A stretch of 62,097 nucleotides of DNA, the filler included, from Stramenopiles sp. TOSAG23-3 (Eukaryota), in the NCBI GenBank assembly GCA_900128585.1. It is 21 parts of 21 records of this genome, joined end to end, with 100 filler letters (N's around TTAATTAATTAA, not from the genome) between each part and the next. Parts side by side here need not be neighbours in the genome. Positions count along the whole stretch, not along the records: positions 29,793 to 32,651 come from LT644553.1; positions 32,752 to 35,608 come from LT644554.1; positions 35,709 to 38,565 come from LT644555.1; positions 38,666 to 41,517 come from LT644556.1; 17 more parts are not named here. One strand, written 5' to 3'. The position numbers and the translations under genes are program-made. Every line of letters starts with the position of its first letter. Within the stretch, counting starts at the first letter, position 1. The notes beneath the pieces were generated by a model that had not been told where the DNA came from, ran no database searches, and saw only the letters and a program-made list of their open reading frames with translations. Below are positions 29,915-39,968 of this stretch, in pieces.

Positions 29915-31444
29915 ATGTCTGATTCAGATTCGTCTCCAAAGAGACAGGGGAAATCCTACAAGTTTGACCCACGAAAGCCCCAGGCAGTCAAGAAGCTACT
30001 GAGTCATATCGCCATGAAGGCGAAGCGCTCCATAAAAGACTCCAACAACATGGGGAAGATTATTGCTAGTATTGCAAAAGGAAAATACGTTTCGACAAGC
30101 AAGCACGCAATCTCCGGCACGTTCGTAATTGATCTCACGGATGTCATGGCTGAAATACAATCGTCAATAAACAATTATTTGATTGCCGAATTTACTCCGG
30201 AGGACTTCATGTTAAATGCAGCAGGTCAAGTCGTAAACGACCCCGACGCTGCGGCGGTGACTCACACTACCGCCATGCGAGTTGGTAGTAGCGAACTGCT
30301 ATGGCTGAACTCTCTTGACGAGGGAGGCAAGCCAAAGTTAAAATTCAAGACGACGCTGTTTGCAGAATCGTCGCGCGCAGAACCGATTGACGCACTCTCA
30401 CAAACTTTCAAGTCGAATGATGCCAATACGAAGCAGTTAAATGTGAAATTCAAGGTGGGCGTTCCCACGCTACAGGCAACTGCTGGGTACAACTTGAAGG
30501 CGGCGAAGGTGATTACCAAGACCAAGTCGCTGGCATGCGCTACAAGGGAGGTTCTTGACAATGCGGACGAGAAGCTAGAGGGCTTGATTCATGATACGCT
30601 CTCCTCGGATCTTCGAAGTAAACTCGAGCAGCGTTTTGACCGTGCGGAAGCTGAGGATGAAGATACATCTCATCCTGGTCAGTTTTCAATTTCCTGGCTT
30701 CAAGAAAAATTCGGAGTCGCTCAGATGGAAATAATTTCACTCGTCGAAAAATACATGGAGTACCTGTCTACGGTTAAAACCTCTGATCAGAATTTGTATC
30801 AGTTCGCCTCGTCGCTCAAAGGTAAACTCGATGCCTTGCACGACTCGAAATGGAGCATGAACGATCTGTTCCTCATCCTGATTATGGCGCACACCATTAA
30901 AAGTTCTGATGTCGATGAGCGTGGCGAAAAAGTGGATTATTCCAGCATTACTGCAATGATCACTAAAGCGCTCAATGGTACCGAGCCGCTTATGCCGTAC
31001 CGAATCGTCGAAGCTTTAGAAAAGCAGGCCAAGATGGCTAAATCTGCTTTGAAACTTGTGCATGATGGCACTGCAGCTGAAGCTCTGGCTTCTACCGTTT
31101 CCAAGGGAAATAAACCCTTCGATAAAACCCCGCCCCCTGGTCTAGGCTTTGGTCCAATTGGTGAAACCCTTTGGTGCAGCTATTGTGCGAAGACAAGAGT
31201 CCACCAACGCAAGGGTTGGAATGGCTGGAACCAGCCGTCGGTAAACAGTGTAAAGGCGCACGTGCACCGTACACGTCAGGGCAAGGTCATATGCCCAATT
31301 GCGATCAAGGCGAAGAAATTAAAGAATCCAAAACCGAAAAAGGATGGTGGAAAAGAAAACAATTCTCAGTCGACTTCCGCATCGCTCGAAGCGCAAGTGG
31401 CGACGCTGACAAGTTTAGTCGCTGAACTCGTTAAGAATAAGTGA
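29915..31444 (+). CDS. gag: Retrotransposon Gag with atypical, extended CxxC...H...C knuckle
   Basis: 509-aa ORF just downstream of the PBS; WCSYC...AHVH...ICP near the C-terminus. Confidence 0.8.
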   Translation: MSDSDSSPKRQGKSYKFDPRKPQAVKKLLSHIAMKAKRSIKDSNNMGKIIASIAKGKYVSTSKHAISGTFVIDLTDVMAEIQSSINNYLIAEFTPEDFMLNAAGQVVNDPDAAAVTHTTAMRVGSSELLWLNSLDEGGKPKLKFKTTLFAESSRAEPIDALSQTFKSNDANTKQLNVKFKVGVPTLQATAGYNLKAAKVITKTKSLACATREVLDNADEKLEGLIHDTLSSDLRSKLEQRFDRAEAEDEDTSHPGQFSISWLQEKFGVAQMEIISLVEKYMEYLSTVKTSDQNLYQFASSLKGKLDALHDSKWSMNDLFLILIMAHTIKSSDVDERGEKVDYSSITAMITKALNGTEPLMPYRIVEALEKQAKMAKSALKLVHDGTAAEALASTVSKGNKPFDKTPPPGLGFGPIGETLWCSYCAKTRVHQRKGWNGWNQPSVNSVKAHVHRTRQGKVICPIAIKAKKLKNPKPKKDGGKENNSQSTSASLEAQVATLTSLVAELVKNK

Positions 31445-32651
31445 AAAGTAACCGGCGCCCTTTCAAAGGTAAAACGGATCTTTGATTCGGGCACGCAGAA
31501 ATGGTTGGAACGAACAACTGACCATTGCCATTCCGTTGAGCCGCACCGCGGCATCATCCGAGGGGTTGCCGGACAAACCGATTCCACACTTTGTGGAAAA
31601 ATAACGCTTGCTGTCCCTGGTAAAGACACAATTAGCAACGTTTGGATTGCCAATACAGGCAAATACAGTCTAGCGTGTGTATCCGCTATTGCGACTGAAT
31701 TAAAATTAAATCTCCTGTTCGATGATATAGGAGTCTACCTATTGACAACGTCAAATAAGGTTGATTATACAAAGGGCCGAATGATTGGGCAATTGAGGTG
31801 TGGGTTATATCATGTTTTCGATGATTTCCTGATCTCACAGACGACGCCGTCTGAACCGGTAAAAGATTTTTACCATTTCACCGCCAAAAATCGATGCAAA
31901 CAATATCCTTTTGGCGACGCTGCCCCGGCCCACTATAGTGGTAACCCACCATTGAAATATTCGTTTTCGGTTAATTCTTACACACCAGTAGATCCTGAGG
32001 TCCTGGTGCACAATCGTTTGGGGCATCCCTGCCAACGCTATATGCTTGAAATGATTAGGAAGAAAACGCTTCGTGGAATTGATAACTTAAAAGCACACCG
32101 TGTTACTGAGTTAATTGGTCTTGGCACCGCATGCTGCTGCATCGGTTGCATTGCAAAGAAAAATCGACAGCCAACCTCGAAGCGCACCCGTGGCAGAAAC
32201 CGCCCTCGGGAAAAACCGAAAGACGACAAACATGAAAAATTAGAGGCTACTAGGACGGTCGCAACCGACACGTTTGGCCCATTTTACGAAAACTACTATG
32301 GCATCAAATATGCCCAGGTTTTTGTGCATATCGAATCGCGAAAAGCGTGGTTATTTGGAATGAAACGGAAGTCAGATTTTCCTGTAATTCTCAAAGAATT
32401 TTTAACCACGTACCGGACCACGTATCCGGATAAGGACCCGCCCGAAATTTGCAGGTCCCAACATGTGGCTACGTTTGCCACCAACACCGATTTTACGATA
32501 CGCCTGGTACGCACCGACCGTGCACCAGAGTTTGCAACTGAAGAGGCTAGAGCCATCTACAACGAATTTGGAATACGCCACCTTCGCACCGTGGCCCACT
32601 CCAGTTGGGAAAATGGTTTTGCTGAAAGAGTAATTCAAACCATTAATAAAA
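31445..32651 (+). CDS. pol: Retrotransposon Pol (aspartic protease + integrase), in frame with gag after a single TGA; 3'-partial
   Basis: TGA AAA GTA ACC GGC GCC CTT TCA AAG GTA AAA CGG ATC TTT GAT TCG GGC ACG = *KVTGALSKVKRIFDSGT. There is no in-frame ATG before the catalytic DSG. Confidence 0.88.
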
Positions 32652-32751
32652 NNNNNNNNNNNNNNNNNNNNNNNNNNNNNNNNNNNNNNNNNNNNTTAAT
32701 TAATTAANNNNNNNNNNNNNNNNNNNNNNNNNNNNNNNNNNNNNNNNNNNN

Positions 32752-33543
32752 CACGCAAAACATTGGTGCAAAGATGACCTCCTTTCATCTTTGACAGACC
32801 TAGACTCATTTGCCGTTGGGCTCGCCCTACTGGAATCGGATTGGGTAAAGACGAAGAAGAAGGCACGTAGTGGTTCGTACGAAGGGACGTCGCCGTGGAG
32901 GGGGGCTCAAAATCCACAAGAATTTGAACAAACCCTGTATGATACAGTGTTCCGACCAATGCAATACGTTGCCAAGATGAAAGGAGTCAATAATTGGGAA
33001 ACAAGCTGGTCTAGTAATGTTAATGCGACAGATTGGGTTCGATTTCACAAGCAAATGGGGTTTAGTAGAATACATGGCGATTTTCATACTGAAAATATTT
33101 TTTTTCGAACTTGGGGCGACAAGGCGGGGAAGCAGCAAAAATCGAAGAACGACATCTTGATCTTAGACTGGCAAATTTGTAACGTTGGTATCCCAATCAA
33201 AGATGTTGCTCAAATTTTGTGCATTGGTGGCTTAGATTTGCACGGTACACGGTTAAAAGAAGAACAGATTGTTCGGGCGTGGTGGCGAGCTTTGATTAAA
33301 AATGGGGTAAAGGAAACTGAATACCCGTTCAGTAAAGCTTGGGCGCAGTATAAATATTTTTCCGCGATGTGCGTTGCAGTGTTACTTATGCTGGGCAACA
33401 CGCTGGATTTCTTTTCAGACGATCATGTGTATTACATGCACTTCGTGGACAAATTTCAAGATATCGTGGAAAAGCATGGGCACCCAACAGATACTTTTTT
33501 AGAGATGATGGAGACTTGTGAGAAGATTGACGATATGAAGTAG
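32752..33543 (+). CDS. EcKL/choline-aminoglycoside phosphotransferase-like kinase, 5'-partial
   Basis: HAKHW, IHGDFHTENIFF (Brenner motif), ILDWQ....G.P..DVA. Confidence 0.88.
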   Translation, partial: HAKHWCKDDLLSSLTDLDSFAVGLALLESDWVKTKKKARSGSYEGTSPWRGAQNPQEFEQTLYDTVFRPMQYVAKMKGVNNWETSWSSNVNATDWVRFHKQMGFSRIHGDFHTENIFFRTWGDKAGKQQKSKNDILILDWQICNVGIPIKDVAQILCIGGLDLHGTRLKEEQIVRAWWRALIKNGVKETEYPFSKAWAQYKYFSAMCVAVLLMLGNTLDFFSDDHVYYMHFVDKFQDIVEKHGHPTDTFLEMMETCEKIDDMK

Positions 33544-33865
33544 CGTTATTGATATTATACCAATCAGCACATTATAAAAACAAAAAACTAATGATAAAGC
33601 TGTGTTATATTTTTTTAAAAAATTAATATAAAAAAAAAGTAAAAATATTAAAATTTGTCTTTCCTCATGTACCGCGAAAATGAATCTGCTCCATTTGATA
33701 CTACTAAGTATATAATATGTGGGTTTCAAGATGTTATTGGAGTCATAAATTTAGTGCCAGAGTGTGTTTAATAAAGTGATAACAGCCAATTTTCTTGTTT
33801 TTTAATAAAGTGGAGACACACCGGGAAAAGTTACAGAAAAAGGCAGAATCGTACACAGATCTTTT

Positions 33866-35608
33866 TCACATTGCAGCTTCCACTTTCTTATGAAAAATAT
33901 TCGCCACATCATTTACGAAATCCTCTCTGCTTACGATGTCAGCAAACGGAGGATAAACACCGAAATGGACGAGGACTTTCACGAACTCCTTCTCGTGCAC
34001 TTTCAAATCTTTTGATTGTTCACTGGCCAATTCAAACAGTTCGGCAATGACGTCGCTGGGGAATAGCTGTTCGGTGCACTTTTGAACTATTCCGGAAAAT
34101 TGCGACAGCGTAACCGCCCCGTCTTCGTCAAGTCGGGTGGAATTGAAGAGGCCTGATAGTCGTTTCTTGTTTTCTGCTTCCTGAAGCTCAAAATATTTTA
34201 ACATCAAGCCTAGCAGGTCCTCCAGCGCCACCTTCAGGTAACCGTACCGAACTGATACCTCCAACGTCCCCCTTTTGTTCATCGTATACAATCGTCTGAT
34301 CAAGTAGGACCGTACTTGGGACTGGATAATGACAGCAGCACGTTCATCACGGTTTAAATCTTGGAATCGTTTTTTTCTTAATCTAATTCGAATTGCATTT
34401 TGAATAACGATTGCGGCCTTTGTTCTATTCATGCTGTACGTAACCCTTGCTTCTTCGCGCTTCTTAATGTCTTTGCAGTATTGCAAAAATATATTGTAGT
34501 CAATAAATTCCTCAGACACAACTCCAGCTTTTTCCCCCATACTGATAACCTCGGCTTTTTCAAGTCTCAAACCGATACCAGCGAACATTTTTCTGAATTG
34601 TTTAATTTTCACAACGCTTACTTTGTCGGGGTCCAAATCGCTAAGGCATTCACCAATATGGGCTCTTATTTCCTGGGATTTCCCGACTAGTTCTACCGCG
34701 GCCGGCTCTGCCATTTGGTCCAAAGAATTAAACTGTGGCACAGTAGAGTTATTTTCTTGTGGTTGACTGTTTTCCGCCTCTTCGTCTTCGCTATCAGATA
34801 CATCAATCTTTTCGTCACGGCGCACATGGTGAATGGTCCGACCATCGTTTTCAGTTATACCGTACATTTTTCGTAACTCACAATAAAATTTTGACCTCAA
34901 AGTTTCCGATAACTGTATTTTATGCACGCTTTGGCGCAGATGCGAGCTTCGACACGGAAATATGGCGTGAATTGCACGAAGCGCAACTTGATAATTAATT
35001 GTAATCCCTTCTTCGTCGCCTTCTTCTAACATTGTCGCGACCATGGCGCCGAAGTCAATAGAGTCCTTCAAATCTCTAGATGTTTCATGACAAACGCGAT
35101 CAACGGTCTTGTTGTTCGTTGATAGCAGTATTAATCGGTTCAGAGCATTTGCTATAAAGTGGCCGATTCGACCATTGTACGATATTTTCCTGAGTTTTAT
35201 GTACCCGCACACTCTTCCAAACAAGTTCACAAAAGCATCTTTAGTACAGTGGGAGGTAAGACCGCTGCAGAATTCTTTGAACTCCGCGTTTCCATCTTGC
35301 AAAGACCCCATTCGGGTCGCAAAGGCAGCCCGGATGATCCGTAAAAGGTCCGTTCTCGGTCTATTGCGCAGATCACAAGTGTAGTCAGATTGGATTTTCC
35401 TCCCATACAACCAGTAAATCATCCCTTTCACTTGTTCCAATGGCATGACATCTCTTTTTTTCCCGATCGTAGGCTTTTTAGCAACCTGCTTTTCCTTTTT
35501 CTTTTTCACGACTTTAATATATTTTGGGTCGAGTGGGAGGGCAAACTCGCGGCCACAAATCTGAGGATACCGCTTGATGTTGCACCGTTTATAGAGGAGG
35601 AGTTGTCG
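33866..35608 (-). CDS. IQ-motif/EF-hand-like protein, 5'-partial
   Basis: AAIVIQNAIR and AAVIIQSQVRSYLIRR (IQ motifs); degenerate EF-hand-like DEDGAVTLSQF. The frame is open to 35608. Confidence 0.75.
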   Translation of the reverse strand, partial: RQLLLYKRCNIKRYPQICGREFALPLDPKYIKVVKKKKEKQVAKKPTIGKKRDVMPLEQVKGMIYWLYGRKIQSDYTCDLRNRPRTDLLRIIRAAFATRMGSLQDGNAEFKEFCSGLTSHCTKDAFVNLFGRVCGYIKLRKISYNGRIGHFIANALNRLILLSTNNKTVDRVCHETSRDLKDSIDFGAMVATMLEEGDEEGITINYQVALRAIHAIFPCRSSHLRQSVHKIQLSETLRSKFYCELRKMYGITENDGRTIHHVRRDEKIDVSDSEDEEAENSQPQENNSTVPQFNSLDQMAEPAAVELVGKSQEIRAHIGECLSDLDPDKVSVVKIKQFRKMFAGIGLRLEKAEVISMGEKAGVVSEEFIDYNIFLQYCKDIKKREEARVTYSMNRTKAAIVIQNAIRIRLRKKRFQDLNRDERAAVIIQSQVRSYLIRRLYTMNKRGTLEVSVRYGYLKVALEDLLGLMLKYFELQEAENKKRLSGLFNSTRLDEDGAVTLSQFSGIVQKCTEQLFPSDVIAELFELASEQSKDLKVHEKEFVKVLVHFGVYPPFADIVSREDFVNDVANIFHKKVEAAM

Positions 35609-35831
35609 NNNNNNNNNNNNNNNNNNNNNNNNNNNNNNNNNNNNNNNNNNNNTTAATTAATTAANNNNNNNNNNNNNNNNNNNNNNNNNNNNNNNNNNNN
35701 NNNNNNNNTTCAGAGACTGTCTATAGTGTATTAGGCTGAAAGAATAAAACAAAAGAGTCTGTACGGATTTTTCCGAACGTAAAAACGAGCCTTGAGTCTT
35801 TCAAATAAATGCCTTTGAATCAATACCAACA

Positions 35832-37130
35832 ATGTCTAGTTTTGTGAGCGAAAATATGCTCAATGAGAGTAAGTGCTCTGCGACGGTAGAGCAGCCACGT
35901 GGTCGAACACCAGTCAAGTTTGTTGAAGGGATGAAGTATGCGGACAGAACTTGTAAAATGCTGCGAGACGAACTGGCAAGGCGAGGGATGAAGAAATCTG
36001 GCACCAAAACTGAGCTTGTAGAACGGTTAAAAAAAGACGATACCATTGATAAAAATACGGAGGTAGAAGTTGATGCCAGCCATTTATCGCCCCCCATATC
36101 TCCTTTAACGAGACAACACAGCACAAAGGTCCCAAGTCCGGAAGAGTTAGATTTACAATGTGCAGTTACAAAAAACTTACTGGAGGACCCGGTTGTCACA
36201 TGTGATGGGCACACATACTCGCGGGCGGGCATTAGGCGCTGGCTCCATGATTACGGGAAAAGAACGTCTCCTTTAACTGGGTTAGTGCTGGCAAATATAA
36301 CATTGTTTCCAAACATATTTGCGAAAAAACATGTTTTGGCTTACAAACGCAAACTTGGTCTTAAATTGATAGAATTGATTGAAAGAAAACAAACCGAACG
36401 AGCGATGGAAATGATAAGGGCAGCAGAAGCAGACTTAAATGTCAGGCGTGAAAACGACAGAAAGACGCCTTTGCTGGCTGCCTGTGAAGTGAAAGAAGTA
36501 AGCCTTGTGAAGGACTTAATTGACAATGGCGCAGACAGTGACACCAAAGACGTTGATGGCAAGGGAATGTGCGATTTTATGCAAAAATTGGAACTTCTTG
36601 AAGTGTTGGTTGGAAAAACTGCAGCGGATGCAATACAAAAAAAGACGATAAACGGACTGGAGTTTCCAGGAACACTAAAAATCAATGGTAACGATGCTGT
36701 GAAAATCTTAGCACCTTTTTTGGCAAAGTTGACCGAGTTGGAATTGCTTGATTTATCTGGAAATAACATTGGCAACGAAGGTGCGAAATCTTTGGCTCTC
36801 GTTTTAACGAATATGGCGGGCTTGGAACAACTATATTTGCATGATAACAATGTCGGTGACGAAGGTGTGAAAGCCTTGGCTCCCTTTTTAGCGAAAATGA
36901 CAGTGTTGGAAAAGCTTAACTTGTCTGGAAACAGGTTTGGCAACGAAGGTGTAAAAGCCTTGAACCGGGTGTTGGCGAAAATGCCGGCTTTGAAAGAGTT
37001 TAATTTAGGTAACAATAAAATCGGCGAGGAGGGTGAGAACGCCATGGCTCCTTCCCTAGTTTTCGAAACATCACCTGAATTGTTGCAAGAACAGATAGAA
37101 GGGTTACAGGTAAGACAGGGAACAGCATGA
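35832..37130 (+). CDS. SAP + U-box + ankyrin + RI-like LRR protein (putative E3 ligase)
   Basis: LRDELARRGMKKSGTKTELVERL (SAP); CAVT..LLEDPVVTCDGHTYSR..I.RW....RTSPLTG..L....LFPN (U-box); TPLLAAC...LVKDLIDNGAD (ANK); LDLSGNNIGNEGAKSLA repeats. Confidence 0.9.
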   Translation: MSSFVSENMLNESKCSATVEQPRGRTPVKFVEGMKYADRTCKMLRDELARRGMKKSGTKTELVERLKKDDTIDKNTEVEVDASHLSPPISPLTRQHSTKVPSPEELDLQCAVTKNLLEDPVVTCDGHTYSRAGIRRWLHDYGKRTSPLTGLVLANITLFPNIFAKKHVLAYKRKLGLKLIELIERKQTERAMEMIRAAEADLNVRRENDRKTPLLAACEVKEVSLVKDLIDNGADSDTKDVDGKGMCDFMQKLELLEVLVGKTAADAIQKKTINGLEFPGTLKINGNDAVKILAPFLAKLTELELLDLSGNNIGNEGAKSLALVLTNMAGLEQLYLHDNNVGDEGVKALAPFLAKMTVLEKLNLSGNRFGNEGVKALNRVLAKMPALKEFNLGNNKIGEEGENAMAPSLVFETSPELLQEQIEGLQVRQGTA

Positions 37131-37392
37131 TTCCTACTCAGATAGTGGTGGTTCAGACCAAGAAGGGGCAACGACCGAAAGGAGTGGAGCTTTATCTAAT
37201 GTGTAGAAACTTGAAATTCACTTTAAACAATGCAAGCCACAAATATTTTTTGTTAATTCATCTGCTGATCAAAACAAATAATAAATACTCGTAAGTCTTT
37301 ACAAAAATCAAAAATCTCTCTAAAAAAGGTAAAAATGTACATTTGTCATCTCTCAGCATTGCCCTTGCGCCCCCACTGACCCTGCTGCAAAG

Positions 37393-38565
37393 TCAACAGA
37401 AATCGCTGTTTGAATCCGAGGAGTCATTCGCACTCCAAACATTACTAACCAATTCGTATCCTTCTTCTACGAGTTTCTGAATACCCGTTTTTGTTTTCTT
37501 CGTGTCCCGGTTGCAGTCGAACGGCACAAAAGAGGAAGTCGACGCACCATTGCGCGTCGCTTCGGGGCTTCTTGGCAAGATCGCCGATCTCGGTACTTCG
37601 GATTTTACGCCGGCCTCTTCCTTAACAATAGTTTCATGACGAATATTGGCACTAATCGGCTTTTGCTTTCGTTTTCGCTTCCTTCGATATATCTTCTTCG
37701 GGGTCATTTCGTCCTGCACGCTACCACTCGAATCTCTCGACGCGTTTATCGACAACATCGTTTCTGCTACTGACGTCGATTCACAGTCGTCGAGCACTGA
37801 ACTTGGCCCAGCGACTGTGTTCTCGGGAGGCCGCAAGCCGTTTCTTTGTCTCAGTCCTGCTTCGGCAACGTGATATAAAGGCGAGTCTTCAAAACGAATG
37901 TACGCCCAGCAGCATCTTTCTCGTTTTTTGACAATTTCTATTGCTTCCTGACTGGGGTTTTGAGACAATTTTATTTTTGACGACAAGCTTTCGCTGTTAC
38001 TCCTCAAAAATTCTCTGATTGCTGTGAAGCACGCAATCTGCCGCTCGGTTGCCCGGACTTGCCTGCCCAAAATAAACGCAAGTTTGTGAATCAAATTATT
38101 CGATTCGCTGTTTCCGGTTTCACGAATAGGAAGGTACATGTCTGCAAGAAGCTCCAACTCGTCTGTCGTCCAAGCATCCCTTGAGACATACTGCGACAAA
38201 CCCCTTCGCATTATTTTTAGTTTCTGTATAATTGTTTTTTTCTCTGGTACTTTGTCCCGTGTCGTAGGCAACATGTCTCCGTACATAAACCCTAACTGCT
38301 CCCACAATGTTCCAGCTACAGGAAAGTGGTCTCTTACAAATGGTTCTAAAATTTCTGTTTCCCTGTCCAAACTTTCTTTTTCTCTTAGCATACGCATATT
38401 GCTTTCGTGTGCGGCCCTTCTTAAATCTATGCAAGCATCATTCTTTGTAAGTAAAGTCGATGGTTTGTGCCTTGGGGTAGTAAGCAAATGCTGCACACAG
38501 TTTTCCCGCTTCTTGACTGCGTCGTTGTCCAGTTTTTTCCTTGTCCTTTTTGCAAGGACTGGTTC
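37393..38565 (-). CDS. Hypothetical protein, 5'-partial, with a basic NLS-like stretch
   Basis: The frame is open from the contig edge. Contains WTTDELELL (Myb-like start) and RRKRKRK. Confidence 0.7.
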   Translation of the reverse strand, partial: EPVLAKRTRKKLDNDAVKKRENCVQHLLTTPRHKPSTLLTKNDACIDLRRAAHESNMRMLREKESLDRETEILEPFVRDHFPVAGTLWEQLGFMYGDMLPTTRDKVPEKKTIIQKLKIMRRGLSQYVSRDAWTTDELELLADMYLPIRETGNSESNNLIHKLAFILGRQVRATERQIACFTAIREFLRSNSESLSSKIKLSQNPSQEAIEIVKKRERCCWAYIRFEDSPLYHVAEAGLRQRNGLRPPENTVAGPSSVLDDCESTSVAETMLSINASRDSSGSVQDEMTPKKIYRRKRKRKQKPISANIRHETIVKEEAGVKSEVPRSAILPRSPEATRNGASTSSFVPFDCNRDTKKTKTGIQKLVEEGYELVSNVWSANDSSDSNSDFC

Positions 38566-38666
38566 NNNNNNNNNNNNNNNNNNNNNNNNNNNNNNNNNNN
38601 NNNNNNNNNTTAATTAATTAANNNNNNNNNNNNNNNNNNNNNNNNNNNNNNNNNNNNNNNNNNNNC

Positions 38667-39968
38667 GACCTGTTTCTTTGGACCGGAGATTCCGTGTACT
38701 ACCATGCGAGGCCTTTCAATTATTCCTTTGCAATGGCCACCCGGGAGGAAATGCTCCACGATTTGGAAAAAACGTACTCAAAGCAGAAAGATCGGAAGAA
38801 TTATCGTGAAATGGTAAGGTCTGCAAAATTAGTAGACGGCACGTGGGACGACCACGACTACGGTCAAAACGACGGTGGAAAATACGTTGCTTATCGAGCA
38901 GCTCGGCAAGACCTCTTTCTTGATTTTCTTGATGTCCCGAAAAAATCTGTTAGAAGAAAACGGGAAGGAGTATACTCTACTTTTGCATGGGGGCCTCCAA
39001 AGCAACGGGTTCGGGTGATTATACTGGACACTCGCTACCATAGGGATTCCCATTTTGTCCCGTCCATTGGGGGTTTCGAATGGCTCCCGTTCGGCGCAGG
39101 ACTTGCCTGCATGAGCCGGCTGGTCGCTGCCACTTTCAAGTTCGGCCAAGATTACAGTGGCGACATACTGGGAGAAGACCAGTGGCGTTGGCTGGATCAG
39201 ACGTTAAACAGTAGCTCGCGCGTCGATGACGCCCAGGTCACATTAGTGGTGTCCTCCGTACAAGTGTTTTCTTCCAACCCCGTGTTTGAAGGTTGGTCGC
39301 ATTTTCCTCGAGCACGGGCAAAGTTGCTGAAGCTGTTGTCGTTGTACCGACCGAAAGGGCTCTTGTTTTTGTCGGGGGACGTGCATTTTGGAGAAATGAT
39401 CGGTTTTTCGAACAGCACTGAGGGTGGTGTAATGGAGGTAACCTCCAGTGGGCTGACTCATTCCTGTACCGATCCTATCTACGGTTTTGCATGTCCGTAT
39501 TTGCTGAAGTCGTTTGCTTCACACCGGGCATCGCAGGATTCCTATTACACTGGGAAAAACTATGGAACACTTTCCATTGATTGGGAGAAAGGAACAGTTA
39601 CGACCGCAGTCCACGATGAAAATGGGACGGTTGTTCTTACAACGCAAAGCAATACAGTAGGGAAAATCCCGCAATGGGTTGAGCATATTTCCAACTACCG
39701 CAGAAGGGGTAGATTTTCGCCGTTTTTTGCAACGCAGTATCTCGCAAATATTATCTACAGAGCCGCAGTTGCTGTGATTGTTTGTACAGGCCTTGCGACC
39801 GGTTTTGGGGTTCTTTTCAACGAGTACCGCGTTAAGCCACAAAAGGTAAAAAGAATGAAGCGGAAGAGTGCCAAAGCCTTGCTGGCCAAGAAGAAATTAG
39901 ACCAGAAAAAGGCTGCGCTACGCAGTTACCAAAAGTATAGGGAAGCTGCTCTCGGTGGGGAGGATTGA
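38667..39968 (+). CDS. PhoD-family alkaline phosphatase with C-terminal TM segment, 5'-partial
   Basis: DLFLWTGDSVY, TWDDHDYG.ND, LDTRYHR, LG..QW.WL, LSGDVH, EVTSSGLTH. Confidence 0.92.
   Translation, partial: DLFLWTGDSVYYHARPFNYSFAMATREEMLHDLEKTYSKQKDRKNYREMVRSAKLVDGTWDDHDYGQNDGGKYVAYRAARQDLFLDFLDVPKKSVRRKREGVYSTFAWGPPKQRVRVIILDTRYHRDSHFVPSIGGFEWLPFGAGLACMSRLVAATFKFGQDYSGDILGEDQWRWLDQTLNSSSRVDDAQVTLVVSSVQVFSSNPVFEGWSHFPRARAKLLKLLSLYRPKGLLFLSGDVHFGEMIGFSNSTEGGVMEVTSSGLTHSCTDPIYGFACPYLLKSFASHRASQDSYYTGKNYGTLSIDWEKGTVTTAVHDENGTVVLTTQSNTVGKIPQWVEHISNYRRRGRFSPFFATQYLANIIYRAAVAVIVCTGLATGFGVLFNEYRVKPQKVKRMKRKSAKALLAKKKLDQKKAALRSYQKYREAALGGED

Larger units (their letters stand above)
29793..32651 (+). 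mobile_element. Ty1/copia LTR retrotransposon, 5' half (end of 5' LTR, PBS, gag, protease, integrase)
   Basis: Domain order is gag-PR-INT, with no RT before INT. PR IFDSGT; pre-integrase HNRLGH...C..C; integrase TDTFGP / RTDRAPEF / NGFAERVIQTI. Confidence 0.92.
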
